Both the position numbers and the translations under genes were made by a program. Shown piece after piece: positions 1 through 10,601 of a stretch of 64,000 bases of DNA; positions within the stretch are counted from its first letter, which is position 1, and each line of letters opens with the position of its first letter. A model generated the notes under the pieces. That model did no database searches and was not told the DNA's origin. It worked only from the letters and a program-made list of their open reading frames with translations. This DNA is from Bacillales bacterium UBA7004 (lineage in GTDB: Bacteria; Bacillota_I; Bacilli_A; Acholeplasmatales; Anaeroplasmataceae). The DNA lies in assembly GCA_002449755.1 (NCBI GenBank), contig DJXM01000045.1, positions 34,270-98,269 of the forward strand, given 5' to 3'.

Positions 1-1
1 T

Positions 2-1081
2 GTTTATCAGGAGCAAATTATGCAAATTGCTAGAAAATTTGCAGGATTCTCTCTTGGTGAGGCAGATTTATTAAGAAGAGCTGTATCTAAAAAGAATGCA
101 GAAAAGCTAAATTCATTAAGAGATGATTTTATAAATAGAAGTATTAAGAATGGCTATTCAAAGGAAATTGCTGTAGATATTTATGATTTAATTTATAAAT
201 TTGCTAATTATGGATTTAATAAATCCCATTCTGTTGTATATGCATTATTAAGCTATCAAATGGCTTGGTTTAAGGCTAATAGATTTCCTGAATTTATGGC
301 AAATATTTTAAATTATTCAATTTCGTCAAAGGAGACACTCGCAAGCTATATTAATTATGCTAAGGGTCATGGATTAAAAATAAATAAGCCTGATATTAAT
401 ATATCAACAAATACATTTGTAAAATATGATAATGCTTTATATATTCCTTTGATTGCTATTAATTCATTAGGTAAGGTTATATCTGAAAAGATTTTAGAAG
501 AAAGAAAAAATGGTTTATTTAAGGATTTAAATGATTTATTAAATAGATGTAACTTTTTAAATAAGCAAACATTAGAGGCTTTAATATATAGTGGTGCTTT
601 AGATTCGTTTAATAAAACAAAGCGTGCGTTGATTTCGGAAATAGAGAAGGATATTGGTGGATTTAAGGATTTTATCAATATGGTTGAAATTCATGATGAA
701 TATGATTTTGATACTTTAAGAGATAATGAAAAGAAATATTTAGGTATTAATTTAGAATATAATATTTTTTATGATGTTATTGAATTAAGAAAAAAATATA
801 ATGCTATTTCTATTAAAAATTTAAGATATAATGAGCCAATTCAAATTATAGGAGCATTTAGTAATATTAAGGAGCTTAAAACTAAGAAGAATAATGAATC
901 TATGCTAGCATTTAATATTTATGATGATTTAAATTCTATAAGAGGAGTAATGTTTCATTTAGATTTTGTTTCAAATGGCTTTATTCCTAAAGCTAACCAA
1001 ATATATCTTATAAGAGGTACCCTAAAGAAGGATAATAGGGATGAGGACTCATTCCAGGTAAGGGAAATAATAAATATTTAA
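2..1081 (+). CDS. dnaE: DNA polymerase III alpha subunit, C-terminal part (5' end outside window)
   Basis: Frame open from base 2 (VYQEQIMQIA); motifs EADLLRRAVSKK, FANYGFNKSH, HhH region and C-terminal OB fold. Confidence 0.95.
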   Translation, partial: VYQEQIMQIARKFAGFSLGEADLLRRAVSKKNAEKLNSLRDDFINRSIKNGYSKEIAVDIYDLIYKFANYGFNKSHSVVYALLSYQMAWFKANRFPEFMANILNYSISSKETLASYINYAKGHGLKINKPDINISTNTFVKYDNALYIPLIAINSLGKVISEKILEERKNGLFKDLNDLLNRCNFLNKQTLEALIYSGALDSFNKTKRALISEIEKDIGGFKDFINMVEIHDEYDFDTLRDNEKKYLGINLEYNIFYDVIELRKKYNAISIKNLRYNEPIQIIGAFSNIKELKTKKNNESMLAFNIYDDLNSIRGVMFHLDFVSNGFIPKANQIYLIRGTLKKDNRDEDSFQVREIINI

Positions 1082-1124
1082 GTATTAAGTAAGGGTTTTC
1101 ATAAGGATAAGTTACCAAGTTTTA

Positions 1125-1154
1125 TTGATATTATAATGTTCTTTATGTTATAAT
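1125..1154 (+). promoter_or_regulatory. Sigma-A-type promoter for pgk
   Basis: TTGATA (1125-1130), 18-bp spacer, TG-n-TATAAT (1146-1154); AGGAGG RBS before 1202. Confidence 0.55.
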
Positions 1155-1201
1155 ATTTTTTAGTAAAAAAAGTATTTTTTTAGTAGGAGGATTATTTAAA
1201 A

Positions 1202-2419
1202 ATGGCTAAGAAAATTGTTTCAGATTTAAAGGTAAAGGGAAAGAAAGTATTAATTCGTGTAGACTTCAATGTACCTATGAAGAATGGTGTTATTACTGAT
1301 GATACACGTGTTCGTGCTGCATTACCTACAATCGAGTATGTAGTTAATAACGGAGGAAAGGCAATTGTATTCTCACACTTAGGACGTGTTAAGGAAGCTG
1401 CTGATATTGAAAAAAATAATATCGCACCTGTTGCTAAGAGATTAGAAGAATTAATCAAGAAGCCTGTTAAGTTTGTTAACGCAACTAGAGGCAAGGAATT
1501 AGAGGACGCTGCCGCTAATTTAAAGGAAGGCGAAATCTTAATGTTTGCTAATACTAGAAATGAAGACTTCGATTTAGCTTTAAATAAGGAAGTAAAGAAG
1601 GAATCTAAGAATGATGCTGAATTAGGTAAGTATTGGGCATCTTTAGGTGACGTATTTGTTAATGATGCATTTGGTACTGCACATAGAGCTGCAGCTTCAA
1701 ATGTAGGTATCGCTGCTAACGTTAGTGAAACAGCTGCTGGTTTCTTATTAGAAAAGGAAATTAAGTTCATTGGTGGTGCTGTAGATAACCCAGTTAGACC
1801 ATATGTAGCTATCTTAGGTGGTTCTAAGGTTTCTGATAAGATCGGTGTTATTGAAGCATTACTTGAAAAGGCTGACAAGGTTTTAGTTGGTGGTGCTATG
1901 ATGTTCACATTCTTAAAGGCAAAAGGATACAATGTTGGTTCTTCTAGATGTGAGGATCAAGAATTCGTTGATTTAGCTAAGAATTTATTAGCTAAGGCAA
2001 ATGGTAAGATTATTTTACCAGTAGATGCAGTTGTTAATACAGCATTCGAGGATGTACCTGGTGTTGCTAAGGACGTTGATAAGTTTGCAGCTGCTGATAT
2101 GGGATTAGATATCGGACCTAAGACATTAGATTTATTTGCTAAGGAATTAGCTGGTGCTAAGACTGTAGTATGGAATGGACCTATGGGTGTATTCGAAATG
2201 AAGAATTACGCTGCTGGTACAGTTGGTGTATGTGATTTATTAGCTAAGTTAACTAAGGAAGGCGCTGCAACTATTATTGGTGGTGGTGATTCAGCTGCTG
2301 CTGCAGAGCAATTAGGATATGCTTCTAAGGTAAGCCATATTTCAACTGGTGGTGGTGCTTCATTAGAGTATTTAGAAGGAAAGACATTACCAGGCATTGC
2401 TTGTGTTGATGAAAAGTAG
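1202..2419 (+). CDS. pgk: Phosphoglycerate kinase
   Basis: [48 protein letters not shown]. Confidence 0.98.
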   Translation: MAKKIVSDLKVKGKKVLIRVDFNVPMKNGVITDDTRVRAALPTIEYVVNNGGKAIVFSHLGRVKEAADIEKNNIAPVAKRLEELIKKPVKFVNATRGKELEDAAANLKEGEILMFANTRNEDFDLALNKEVKKESKNDAELGKYWASLGDVFVNDAFGTAHRAAASNVGIAANVSETAAGFLLEKEIKFIGGAVDNPVRPYVAILGGSKVSDKIGVIEALLEKADKVLVGGAMMFTFLKAKGYNVGSSRCEDQEFVDLAKNLLAKANGKIILPVDAVVNTAFEDVPGVAKDVDKFAAADMGLDIGPKTLDLFAKELAGAKTVVWNGPMGVFEMKNYAAGTVGVCDLLAKLTKEGAATIIGGGDSAAAAEQLGYASKVSHISTGGGASLEYLEGKTLPGIACVDEK

Positions 2420-2550
2420 TTTTTAAATTTTGTGAGAGATAGGAAAAGTATTATTGTAATATAAGTACTGTTGGCTTATAAAAACTACTAATGGTCATTA
2501 AGCCTACAATACTTGAATTTTTAAATAGTATTGAAAGAAGAGGAATTTTT

Positions 2551-3303
2551 ATGAGAAGACCTATATTAGCAGGCAACTGGAAAATGAATAAGACTAGAGA
2601 TGAGGCTATTCATTTCGTTTTAGGTGTTGATTATAAGCTACCTAAAAATGGAGTAGATTGTATTATTTGTGCTCCTGCAATAATTCTTCGTGATATTGTT
2701 AAAAGAGCTGATATTCTTCAGGTTGGTGCCCAAAATATGAATGAAAACGATAAGGGTGCTTATACTGGTGAAATATCTCCAATAATGCTAAAGGATACAG
2801 GCGTTAAATATGTAATCATTGGACATAGTGAAAGACGTCAATATTATAATGAAACAGATAGTATTGTTAATGCTAAAATTAAAAAAGCATTAGAATATGA
2901 TTTAAAGCCAATCGTTTGTGTTGGTGAGGATTTAAGTGAGCGCGAATCAAAGCTTACTAATAATGTCTTAGAAAGACAAATTACTAAAGCATTTGAGGGT
3001 GTTGAATTTGATGATCCTGAAAATGTTGTAGTTGCATATGAGCCAATTTGGGCTATCGGTACTGGTAAGACTGCATCAAGCGAACAAGCAGAAGCTGCTT
3101 GTAAATATATTCGTGAAAAGCTTGCAGGATTATATGGCAAAGATGTTGCTGATAGAGTAAGAATTCTTTATGGTGGTTCTATGAAGCCAGATAATGTTGC
3201 TGAGCTTGTTGCTCAGCCAGATGTTGATGGTGGCTTAGTTGGTGGTGCATCACTTAACGAGGAAAGCTTTATTGCAATGAGTAAAGCATTTAAAGGTGAA
3301 TAA
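2551..3303 (+). CDS. tpiA: Triosephosphate isomerase (start reassigned from 2491 to the ATG at 2551)
   Basis: AGNWKMN, IGHSERR, AYEPIWAIGTG, LVGGASL; AGAGGA RBS upstream of 2551. Confidence 0.97.
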   Translation: MRRPILAGNWKMNKTRDEAIHFVLGVDYKLPKNGVDCIICAPAIILRDIVKRADILQVGAQNMNENDKGAYTGEISPIMLKDTGVKYVIIGHSERRQYYNETDSIVNAKIKKALEYDLKPIVCVGEDLSERESKLTNNVLERQITKAFEGVEFDDPENVVVAYEPIWAIGTGKTASSEQAEAACKYIREKLAGLYGKDVADRVRILYGGSMKPDNVAELVAQPDVDGGLVGGASLNEESFIAMSKAFKGE

Positions 3304-3317
3304 TTAATTGATACATT

Positions 3318-3344
3318 GGGCTAGTTTAAACTAGTCCTTTTTTT
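3318..3344 (+). terminator. Intrinsic terminator after tpiA
   Basis: GGGCTAGT-TTAA-ACTAGTCC followed by T7. Confidence 0.85.
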
Positions 3345-3390
3345 CAATCCATCTTAGTGCTATAATTGTTTTGGTTAGGAGCTGATAAAA

Positions 3391-4038
3391 TTGAAAAAAT
3401 TTATTAATTTATATACAATATTAGGCTGTTCATTTTTATTCTTATTTATATTATTAATAATTTTATTAAATGTAGATAAGGCTGTAATAGCTGAATCTGG
3501 TAAAGAGGTTGGTTTATCTCATATCAATAATATAGTAAGCTATAAATATAATGAGAATGTTGATTTTATGAGTGATTTATTATTTTATATAACATTCACT
3601 GTTGTTATATTTGAGGCTGGCTTAGGATTATATCAATTAATTAAAAAGAAGAGCCTATTTAAGGTAGATATAGAAATTATTATATTTGGTGTTTCATTAG
3701 TATTAATGGCAGCTATTTGGTTATTATTTGATTATGTATTAAAAATAAATGTAAGACCTACTCATGAGGATAAGGGCTCATTCCCATCAACTCATGTATT
3801 TATTACTACATATTTAGCTTTAGCAAGTCACGCATTTATTTGTTATAGATATGATAATAAATTTGCTAAATATGGTTCTTTATTATTAGCAATTATATTT
3901 ATAACAGCTGTTACATGTGGTAGAGTAGCATCAGGTATGCATTATATTACAGATGTTACAGGTGGCTTATTCTTAGGATTAACATTCTATTTTATTGTAT
4001 TTGGTATTATTAAAACTTTTAAAATAAAGGATGAATAA
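3391..4038 (+). CDS. PAP2-family membrane phosphatase
   Basis: KINVRP, SFPSTH and RVASGMHY motifs, several hydrophobic helices; TTG start with AGGAG RBS and TGCTATAAT at 3358-3366. Confidence 0.85.
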   Translation: MKKFINLYTILGCSFLFLFILLIILLNVDKAVIAESGKEVGLSHINNIVSYKYNENVDFMSDLLFYITFTVVIFEAGLGLYQLIKKKSLFKVDIEIIIFGVSLVLMAAIWLLFDYVLKINVRPTHEDKGSFPSTHVFITTYLALASHAFICYRYDNKFAKYGSLLLAIIFITAVTCGRVASGMHYITDVTGGLFLGLTFYFIVFGIIKTFKIKDE

Positions 4039-4086
4039 TATTAAAATATTTGGTATTAAAAAAACTTAAATTATTATATATGTTTT

Positions 4087-4124
4087 AAAGATTAAATCTT
4101 GAAGGGTTTAATCTTTTTCTTTTT
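4087..4124 (+). terminator. Intrinsic terminator after the PAP2 gene
   Basis: AAAGATTAAATC...GGTTTAATCTTT stem followed by a T-rich run. Confidence 0.7.
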
Positions 4125-4174
4125 AATGTTATACTTAAATATACAAGTTAACGGTTTTTATGGAGGTAAATATT

Positions 4175-5284
4175 GTGGGAAAAGTATATTTAGATTGGGA
4201 AACTGCTTATAGCTTTATTGAGGATGCATTTGTAGGACATGGAGTTCCAAGAAGCGATGCTAGAATATGCACAGATGTATTATTAGAATCTGATAAAAGA
4301 GGAATTGAATCACATGGCTGTAATAGATTTAAGCCTATTTATATTGATAGAATAGTTGATGGTATTCAAAATCCTGTCACTAATTATGAAATAATTAAGG
4401 AAACAGAAACTACAGCTGTAGTAGATGGACATGATGGAATGGGTCAAGTAATTGGATATAAATCTATGAAGCTAGCTATCGAAAAGGCTAAAAAATATGG
4501 TATGGGTATGGTTGTTGTTAGAAATTCATGTCATTATGGAATCGCAGGATATTATGCATCTATGGCAACTAATGAAGGCTGTATTGGTATTACAGGTACA
4601 AATGCTAGACCTAGTGTAGCACCTACATTTGGTGTTGAGGGTATGTTTGGTACAAACCCTCTAACTATAGGTATTCCAACTGATGAGCCATTTGATTTTA
4701 TTTTAGACTGTGCAACATCTATTACTCAAAATGGTAAGATTGAATATTATGCAAGAATAGGAGAGAATGTTCATCCTGGTACTATTGTTGGCTTAGATGG
4801 AAAGCCTGTAGAAGGTGATGCAGGAGTTGCATTAAAGAAGATAAGAAGTGGTGAAGCATCACTTACAACATTAGGCGGAATAGGAGAAGCACTAGGTGGA
4901 TATAAGGGCTTTGGCTATGCATTAGCAGTTGAATTATTATCAGCTGTTCTTCAGGATGGTATATATGGTAAGGATTTAAATGGTAAGGACAAGGATGGTA
5001 AAAAGGTACCATACCATTTAGGACATTTCTTTATCGCAATCGATACAAATCATTTCTTAGGAGAAAATTTATGTAGAAAAAAATCAGGTGATATTATTAG
5101 AGCAATTAGAGCATCTAAAAAAGCACCTGGCGAGGATAGAATATATACAGCAGGAGAAAAAGAATATTTAGTTTGGCAGGATAGAAAGGATAAGGGCGTT
5201 CCTATTTCAGAGCCTGTTCAAAAGGAAATGTCAGCTGTTAGAGATGCATTAAAATTAAAATATGTATTCCCTTGGGAAAAGTAA
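4175..5284 (+). CDS. Ldh_2-family (type 2 malate/L-lactate dehydrogenase) oxidoreductase
   Basis: RGIESHG, NSCHYGIAGYY, GTNP, GYKGFG motifs; likely GTG start at 4175 behind GGAGGT. Confidence 0.88.
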   Translation: MGKVYLDWETAYSFIEDAFVGHGVPRSDARICTDVLLESDKRGIESHGCNRFKPIYIDRIVDGIQNPVTNYEIIKETETTAVVDGHDGMGQVIGYKSMKLAIEKAKKYGMGMVVVRNSCHYGIAGYYASMATNEGCIGITGTNARPSVAPTFGVEGMFGTNPLTIGIPTDEPFDFILDCATSITQNGKIEYYARIGENVHPGTIVGLDGKPVEGDAGVALKKIRSGEASLTTLGGIGEALGGYKGFGYALAVELLSAVLQDGIYGKDLNGKDKDGKKVPYHLGHFFIAIDTNHFLGENLCRKKSGDIIRAIRASKKAPGEDRIYTAGEKEYLVWQDRKDKGVPISEPVQKEMSAVRDALKLKYVFPWEK

Positions 5285-5327
5285 TAATTATAGTGGAATT
5301 TTTAAAAATATATTTGGAGAAAGATAT

Positions 5328-8300
5328 ATGAATAATAATAATAATAAATTTAAAATTTTCTTCGTTTTTCTTATTTTTTTGTTCATATTAACTGGTTGTA
5401 ATGATAACGATTCTGATTCAAATGATGCAAATATAGTAGATGTTGATAGTATCAATGTTGTTAGTCGTGCTGAAAAATATGATATGGGTCTTTTTAGCGG
5501 TGAAAACGAAAATGCTGACGATATATATGAGTCTGATTCTAAATCAATTGTTGATATTGTTGATGAATCTTTTTCTCAAAATAATAGCTATATTGAAACT
5601 AATAAATTGTATTCGATTTCCTTTGATTTATCTCAATCTGTTTCACTAACAAGTAATATTGAGTCTAATGATTCAATCAACGAAATTGTTTCTGTTAAGA
5701 TTAATGATGAAGAAGTGGATTATTCAGTTAAAAATGGTAAACTTTTAATAAATTGGAAAACACCAAATGAGGCCTCAGATGCTGATATAGATGTTACAAT
5801 CGAGGCGCTTAAAAATGGTAAAATGGTTTTTCAGACATACAAACTAAAATCTAAGGTTAACGACAAGCAATACGATATAATTATCAGCAAAACAAAGGCA
5901 TATACAGATAAATATACAATGGAAATATATGTTAAAAAGAATAACGATGGATGTGGTGGGAAACCATATCTTATGTTATCAGAGAGTTCAAAAATAATCT
6001 ATGAAATAGAGCTTTCAGAAGGTATTAATTCATTGGAATTTAAAGACCTTTTAATTGGCCATAAATATGAATACATTATTGTTAATAAACAAGATGAAGA
6101 TATAATTAATAATTCTATTTATTGGGGACAAATTATAACATTATTACCTTATCAAGTAACTTTTGAAAATATAACTTTTAATTCAGCTTCTATTTTCTTA
6201 ATTAGTAAGGGTTCTAAAGTTGACTTGTCTACTGTATATTTGATTGATGGAAATTTATTTAATGGAAAAGTAGTTGATGAATTTGATGAATTTTTGGGAC
6301 GCAATTATTATACTTTTGATAATTTACAACCTGATCATAATTATACTTTGAAAATTGACTATATTTATCGAAAAGATAATAATTCTTGTATAAATTATTT
6401 TATAAAATCATTTAGAACATTAGGGACTGATGAAGATATTCTAAGAATGTCTCCGAATATAAGTAATGAGGTTTCATTATGGCCTAATGGTACGAAGGTT
6501 GAGATTAATGCAAGTGATTATAAAAAAGAAAATATATACTTAAAAAAAGGTTCAATTTCATGTAACGAGGCTGGGGATGTTGTAACTGATGGTTATTATG
6601 TTAAGCTAACTCTTCCTTATGATTCATTTATTAATTCAGCAATTACAAGTTCTAGTAATAGTGTTACTTTTTTAAGAAATGCTATTATTACTAATGGCAT
6701 TGATTATTATAGATTGATAGTTTCTTCATATACTTCAAGCAGGACCTCTCAATCATATTATTTAAAGAAGGGCGAATATTATATTTATACTGAAGATTCT
6801 GGAATATTTTTATATGATTTGTCGATATATGCAATAATGAATAAATCAGATATCCCACTAATACAGGATTATAGCAATGATATATCTTATAAGGTTAAGG
6901 AAAAAGATGACAATCTAACAGTTCAAGTTGTTGGGAAAAATTATGATTTCTCTAATATAGAGGTCGTAAAATATTATGGAAATGATGCTAAATACTTTGA
7001 GATTGTTGATGATTTCAAGATTCAATTAGAAGATCAAAATACCTTTGGACGTGATTTAATAGTATCATCTGAAGATATTGTTGAAGAAACGGATACTCGT
7101 TATAAAATATGTAACATTATCGTTGATGATGTTTCAATCGAATTTAATGCTAATATTAAAATTTATGATAAAAATACATCATTTACTATAGAATATTTTG
7201 ATGATTATTATTCAACGGGCGGTGTAAACTTTTTTCTAAATGATGATTTGGATTTGAGTGGAAAAGGGTTCGTAATTTATCCTGTTATTAACCATGTGGT
7301 AAGTTATGATTTTTATAAAAAAATATATTTTGATAACCTTGATAGGTTAACGGAAGTGTACGGCCTATATGATATAGATACTTCATTTGAACATAAAGGA
7401 ACATTTGAAGTTTGGTACAGAGATGAATTATTTGGGGATTTATTTGGCGAAGAAGATCGTGAAATCGGTGGCATCTGGGATAAAATCGGATATCAAGTTA
7501 TTAGTATTAGTTTTGAAGATGATATTGAAATATCTTCAACTAAAACTGATTTTATTGAAAAAAATGATGACTTATCAAATTATGCTATAATACCTGTCAA
7601 ATTCGGTGAAATTAAACAAGAACTCTCTTTTAAGAAATTGAAGGAATTTGCGGACAAAAATACTGCTGGTTTGTCGAGTGTTAGAATTGCATATTATATA
7701 AACGATTCTACTAAACTATTAGATTTATCCGAAATAGAAACGGGCACTTATAATGCAGTTATAGTAGTAAATGATAAAATTGTAACTAATCCAATAATTA
7801 TCAATATCAAAAAGGCAACGCAAATTGAAAGGTATGATGGAGTTGCTGCAAAATCTGAATCATATGATGTATGGGATATTACAGGTGAATATTTAAAAGT
7901 AGCTGCCAATCCTAATGAGGGTGGCGAAGCGGCTGCAGGAGTACAAATGAGAGCATTTACTTCAGAGGCGACAATTACATCAAAGGAATTTGACTCTGCC
8001 AACACTGCAACTATTGTCATTATGGCTGGTACTAATTCATCTTCTAAAGAAGCTCGATTGCTGATTGAATTATTGGATGCCAATGGAAATCCAGTTGAAA
8101 TAGCAGTATTAAATGGTCATTTGTATAGTTACGAAGAAGATGTAGATGGTAATTTGAGTACTGTTTACCCTACTGGTATTTATGAAATTGTTTCTAATAA
8201 CAAAATAACAACAAAGACAGTGTTTGATATTTCAACTGTAACTGAATTTGTTAAGATTAGAATTTCTCACATTACCTGCGGTGCCAATAAGAAAGTAGCT

Positions 8301-8330
8301 ATTGTATCAATAGATGCCGTAGTAGCTTAA
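5328..8330 (+). CDS. Large (about 1000 aa) surface lipoprotein with FN3/Ig-like beta domains
   Basis: Basic N-terminus, hydrophobic stretch and lipobox LTGC; FN3-like segment (ITFNSASI...FDNLQPDHNYTLKI...FRTL); GGAGA RBS before ATG 5328. Confidence 0.7.
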   Translation: MNNNNNKFKIFFVFLIFLFILTGCNDNDSDSNDANIVDVDSINVVSRAEKYDMGLFSGENENADDIYESDSKSIVDIVDESFSQNNSYIETNKLYSISFDLSQSVSLTSNIESNDSINEIVSVKINDEEVDYSVKNGKLLINWKTPNEASDADIDVTIEALKNGKMVFQTYKLKSKVNDKQYDIIISKTKAYTDKYTMEIYVKKNNDGCGGKPYLMLSESSKIIYEIELSEGINSLEFKDLLIGHKYEYIIVNKQDEDIINNSIYWGQIITLLPYQVTFENITFNSASIFLISKGSKVDLSTVYLIDGNLFNGKVVDEFDEFLGRNYYTFDNLQPDHNYTLKIDYIYRKDNNSCINYFIKSFRTLGTDEDILRMSPNISNEVSLWPNGTKVEINASDYKKENIYLKKGSISCNEAGDVVTDGYYVKLTLPYDSFINSAITSSSNSVTFLRNAIITNGIDYYRLIVSSYTSSRTSQSYYLKKGEYYIYTEDSGIFLYDLSIYAIMNKSDIPLIQDYSNDISYKVKEKDDNLTVQVVGKNYDFSNIEVVKYYGNDAKYFEIVDDFKIQLEDQNTFGRDLIVSSEDIVEETDTRYKICNIIVDDVSIEFNANIKIYDKNTSFTIEYFDDYYSTGGVNFFLNDDLDLSGKGFVIYPVINHVVSYDFYKKIYFDNLDRLTEVYGLYDIDTSFEHKGTFEVWYRDELFGDLFGEEDREIGGIWDKIGYQVISISFEDDIEISSTKTDFIEKNDDLSNYAIIPVKFGEIKQELSFKKLKEFADKNTAGLSSVRIAYYINDSTKLLDLSEIETGTYNAVIVVNDKIVTNPIIINIKKATQIERYDGVAAKSESYDVWDITGEYLKVAANPNEGGEAAAGVQMRAFTSEATITSKEFDSANTATIVIMAGTNSSSKEARLLIELLDANGNPVEIAVLNGHLYSYEEDVDGNLSTVYPTGIYEIVSNNKITTKTVFDISTVTEFVKIRISHITCGANKKVAIVSIDAVVA

Positions 8331-8347
8331 TAAATTAAATTACAATT

Positions 8348-8371
8348 AGAGTAAGTTTATCTTACTCTTTT
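8348..8371 (+). terminator. Intrinsic terminator
   Basis: AGAGTAAG-TTTAT-CTTACTCT followed by TTT. Confidence 0.7.
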
Positions 8372-8426
8372 GTATTTTCTTTAAAAAAGAGTATAATAAT
8401 ACAGGTATGACTTGAGGTGGTAATTT

Positions 8427-8870
8427 ATGAAGACATTTAAAACTTCAAATGCTAATGAAACAATTTCATTAGGAGAAAAAATAGGTAATTTATTAAATGC
8501 GTCTGATACTATATTATTAGTTGGTGATTTATCTTGTGGTAAAACAACTATAACAAAGGGAATTGGAAAAGCATTAGGTGTTACTAAAATTATTAATTCT
8601 CCTACATTTACAATTGTTAAGGAATATAAAGGAACTAAATGTGATTTACATCATTTAGATTTATATCGTTTAGATGGTTTAAATAATGATTTTGATTTAG
8701 AGGAGCATATTGAGGGTGATAACGTATGTGTTATTGAATGGCCATATCAGGTTAGTGAATTATTACCTAATGAATATTTACTTATTGAAATGAAAAGAAC
8801 TGGTGAAGAATCTAGAGAAATAAATATCACTGGTATTGGAAGATATAAAAGAATTGAGGAGGCACTATAA
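8427..8870 (+). CDS. tsaE: tRNA t6A biosynthesis ATPase TsaE
   Basis: GDLSCGKTT, SPTFTIV, HLDLYRL, IEWP. Confidence 0.95.
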   Translation: MKTFKTSNANETISLGEKIGNLLNASDTILLVGDLSCGKTTITKGIGKALGVTKIINSPTFTIVKEYKGTKCDLHHLDLYRLDGLNNDFDLEEHIEGDNVCVIEWPYQVSELLPNEYLLIEMKRTGEESREINITGIGRYKRIEEAL

Positions 8871-9457
8871 TGTATACTTTAATTTTAGATTCTGCAACTA
8901 AAACATTATATGTTGCTTTAGTAAAGGATAATAATGTTTTAAAGGAAATATATTTAGAAGGAAGAAATGACCATGCTAAAAATATTGTTTTAAAGGTAGA
9001 AGAAATATTAAATGAAAACAATATTAAAGCATTTGATTTAGATAATATTTTAGTTGGTATTGGACCTGGTTCTTATACTGGTGTTAGAATGGCTGTTACT
9101 GTATGTAAGATGCTATCTGTGTTTGGAAATAAAAATTTATATTCTATTTCAACATTAAAGCTTATGGCATCTGGATATAAGGGTAGGGTTTTAACAAGAA
9201 TTGATGCTAGAAGATCTAATTCATTTGGAATGATATTAAATACATTGAATGATGAATATATTATTGATGAGGCAATGTATGATACTAATGAATTATTAAA
9301 TCATGAATTTGATTTTGATGTTACTGAGGATAATTTTAAGGTTGATCCAATTTATTGTATCAATCATATGGTTAAGGTTAATGAACCTCATTTATTAGTA
9401 CCTAATTATTTAAGAGAAACAGAAGCGGAGAGAAATCTTCATGATAAGAAGAATTAA
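8870..9457 (+). CDS. tsaB: tRNA t6A biosynthesis protein TsaB
   Basis: LILDSAT, GIGPGSYTGVR, IDARR; TAATG coupling to tsaE. Confidence 0.93.
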   Translation: MYTLILDSATKTLYVALVKDNNVLKEIYLEGRNDHAKNIVLKVEEILNENNIKAFDLDNILVGIGPGSYTGVRMAVTVCKMLSVFGNKNLYSISTLKLMASGYKGRVLTRIDARRSNSFGMILNTLNDEYIIDEAMYDTNELLNHEFDFDVTEDNFKVDPIYCINHMVKVNEPHLLVPNYLRETEAERNLHDKKN

Positions 9458-10601
9458 TTATGATGATGTTAATAAAATAATTGAGCTAGAAAATGATACC
9501 TTAGGCACAACCTTAGGTAAGGATATGCTTGAAATGGCTATAAGATCAGATTTAGCTTATTATTATGCTTATTATGAAGGAAAAGAATTATTAGGATATA
9601 TTTCAACTATGTTTGATGGTGAAATTATCGAAATATTAAATTTCTGCGTTAATAAGAATCATCAGGGTAAGGGTATTGGTAAAAGGCTATTAGCTTATGT
9701 TTTATCATATTTAAATACTATTGGAGCTAAATCATCTATTTTAGAGGTTAGACAATCTAATATAAAAGCTATTGGCTTATATAAAAAAATTGGATATAAA
9801 GAAATTTCTAAAAGAAAGAATTATTATAGTAATGGTGAGGATGCTTTAGTTTTAGAATTTAAATTTGCTTCTCATATTGAATTAGAGGATAAATATAATT
9901 TAGAATTTTCAAAAAAGGAAATTAAAGATAATTATATTAATTTTATTGATGATATTCAGCCTATTAAATATTCAAATAATTTTTATGTGACAAGTGATAA
10001 AAAGGGCGTAAAAGCTATTTTGAAGGATAACAAAAGAGATTTTATTAAGATTGATTCATTTAATGATTTAAGCGAATATTTAAAGGATTTTGAAAAGAAT
10101 GTTACTGTTTATTTATTAAGCCATATTTATAATATTTCTATAAATAGTAATAGTAATCATAAAATCAAAAAGCTTGATTTTAATGATTATGCTGATTTAA
10201 GAAATTTTATTTATAAGGAAGATTTAAGATTTGGTGAGGAATTCGCGAAAGGGAATGCTGATAGATTAACAGAAACTTTTTTAAATAATGATAAATTTAC
10301 TTGTTATTTAATTTATGATAATTATATTCTTGTTGGTATGATTCATGCTTATATTTATGAAAATATGGCTAAATTAGAGGAATTCGTTATTTTAGAATCA
10401 TATAGAAATAAAGGATATGGAAAAGAATTATTTAAATACGCAATTGCTGATTTAGAAAATAAGGATATAAAGATGATTGAGCTTGAGGCTGAATTAGATG
10501 ATTATCCAATTAATATTTATAAATCATGGGGATTTATTGAGGAAAGAAAAAGATATAGTTTTTTCAAGGAGTTAAAGAATGGAAAAGACGAATGCAATTA
10601 G
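9441..10601 (+). CDS. rimI: RimI-like N-acetyltransferase fused to an additional C-terminal GNAT region
   Basis: First about 140 aa have HQGKGIG, LEVRQSN, RKNYY, EDAL; second acetyl-CoA motif YRNKGYGKEL and IYKSWGF near the C-terminus. Confidence 0.8.
   Translation: MIRRINYDDVNKIIELENDTLGTTLGKDMLEMAIRSDLAYYYAYYEGKELLGYISTMFDGEIIEILNFCVNKNHQGKGIGKRLLAYVLSYLNTIGAKSSILEVRQSNIKAIGLYKKIGYKEISKRKNYYSNGEDALVLEFKFASHIELEDKYNLEFSKKEIKDNYINFIDDIQPIKYSNNFYVTSDKKGVKAILKDNKRDFIKIDSFNDLSEYLKDFEKNVTVYLLSHIYNISINSNSNHKIKKLDFNDYADLRNFIYKEDLRFGEEFAKGNADRLTETFLNNDKFTCYLIYDNYILVGMIHAYIYENMAKLEEFVILESYRNKGYGKELFKYAIADLENKDIKMIELEAELDDYPINIYKSWGFIEERKRYSFFKELKNGKDECN

Noticed and set aside
1192-1932. Long antisense ORFs over pgk and similar ones over tpiA, dnaK, dnaJ, glnS, ackA and rpsB
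   Set aside because: Shadow frames produced by codon bias of highly expressed genes; no RBS or motifs
5331-5345. (AAT)5 tract at the lipoprotein start as a phase-variation switch
   Set aside because: Trinucleotide unit keeps the frame and the tract is short for this base composition
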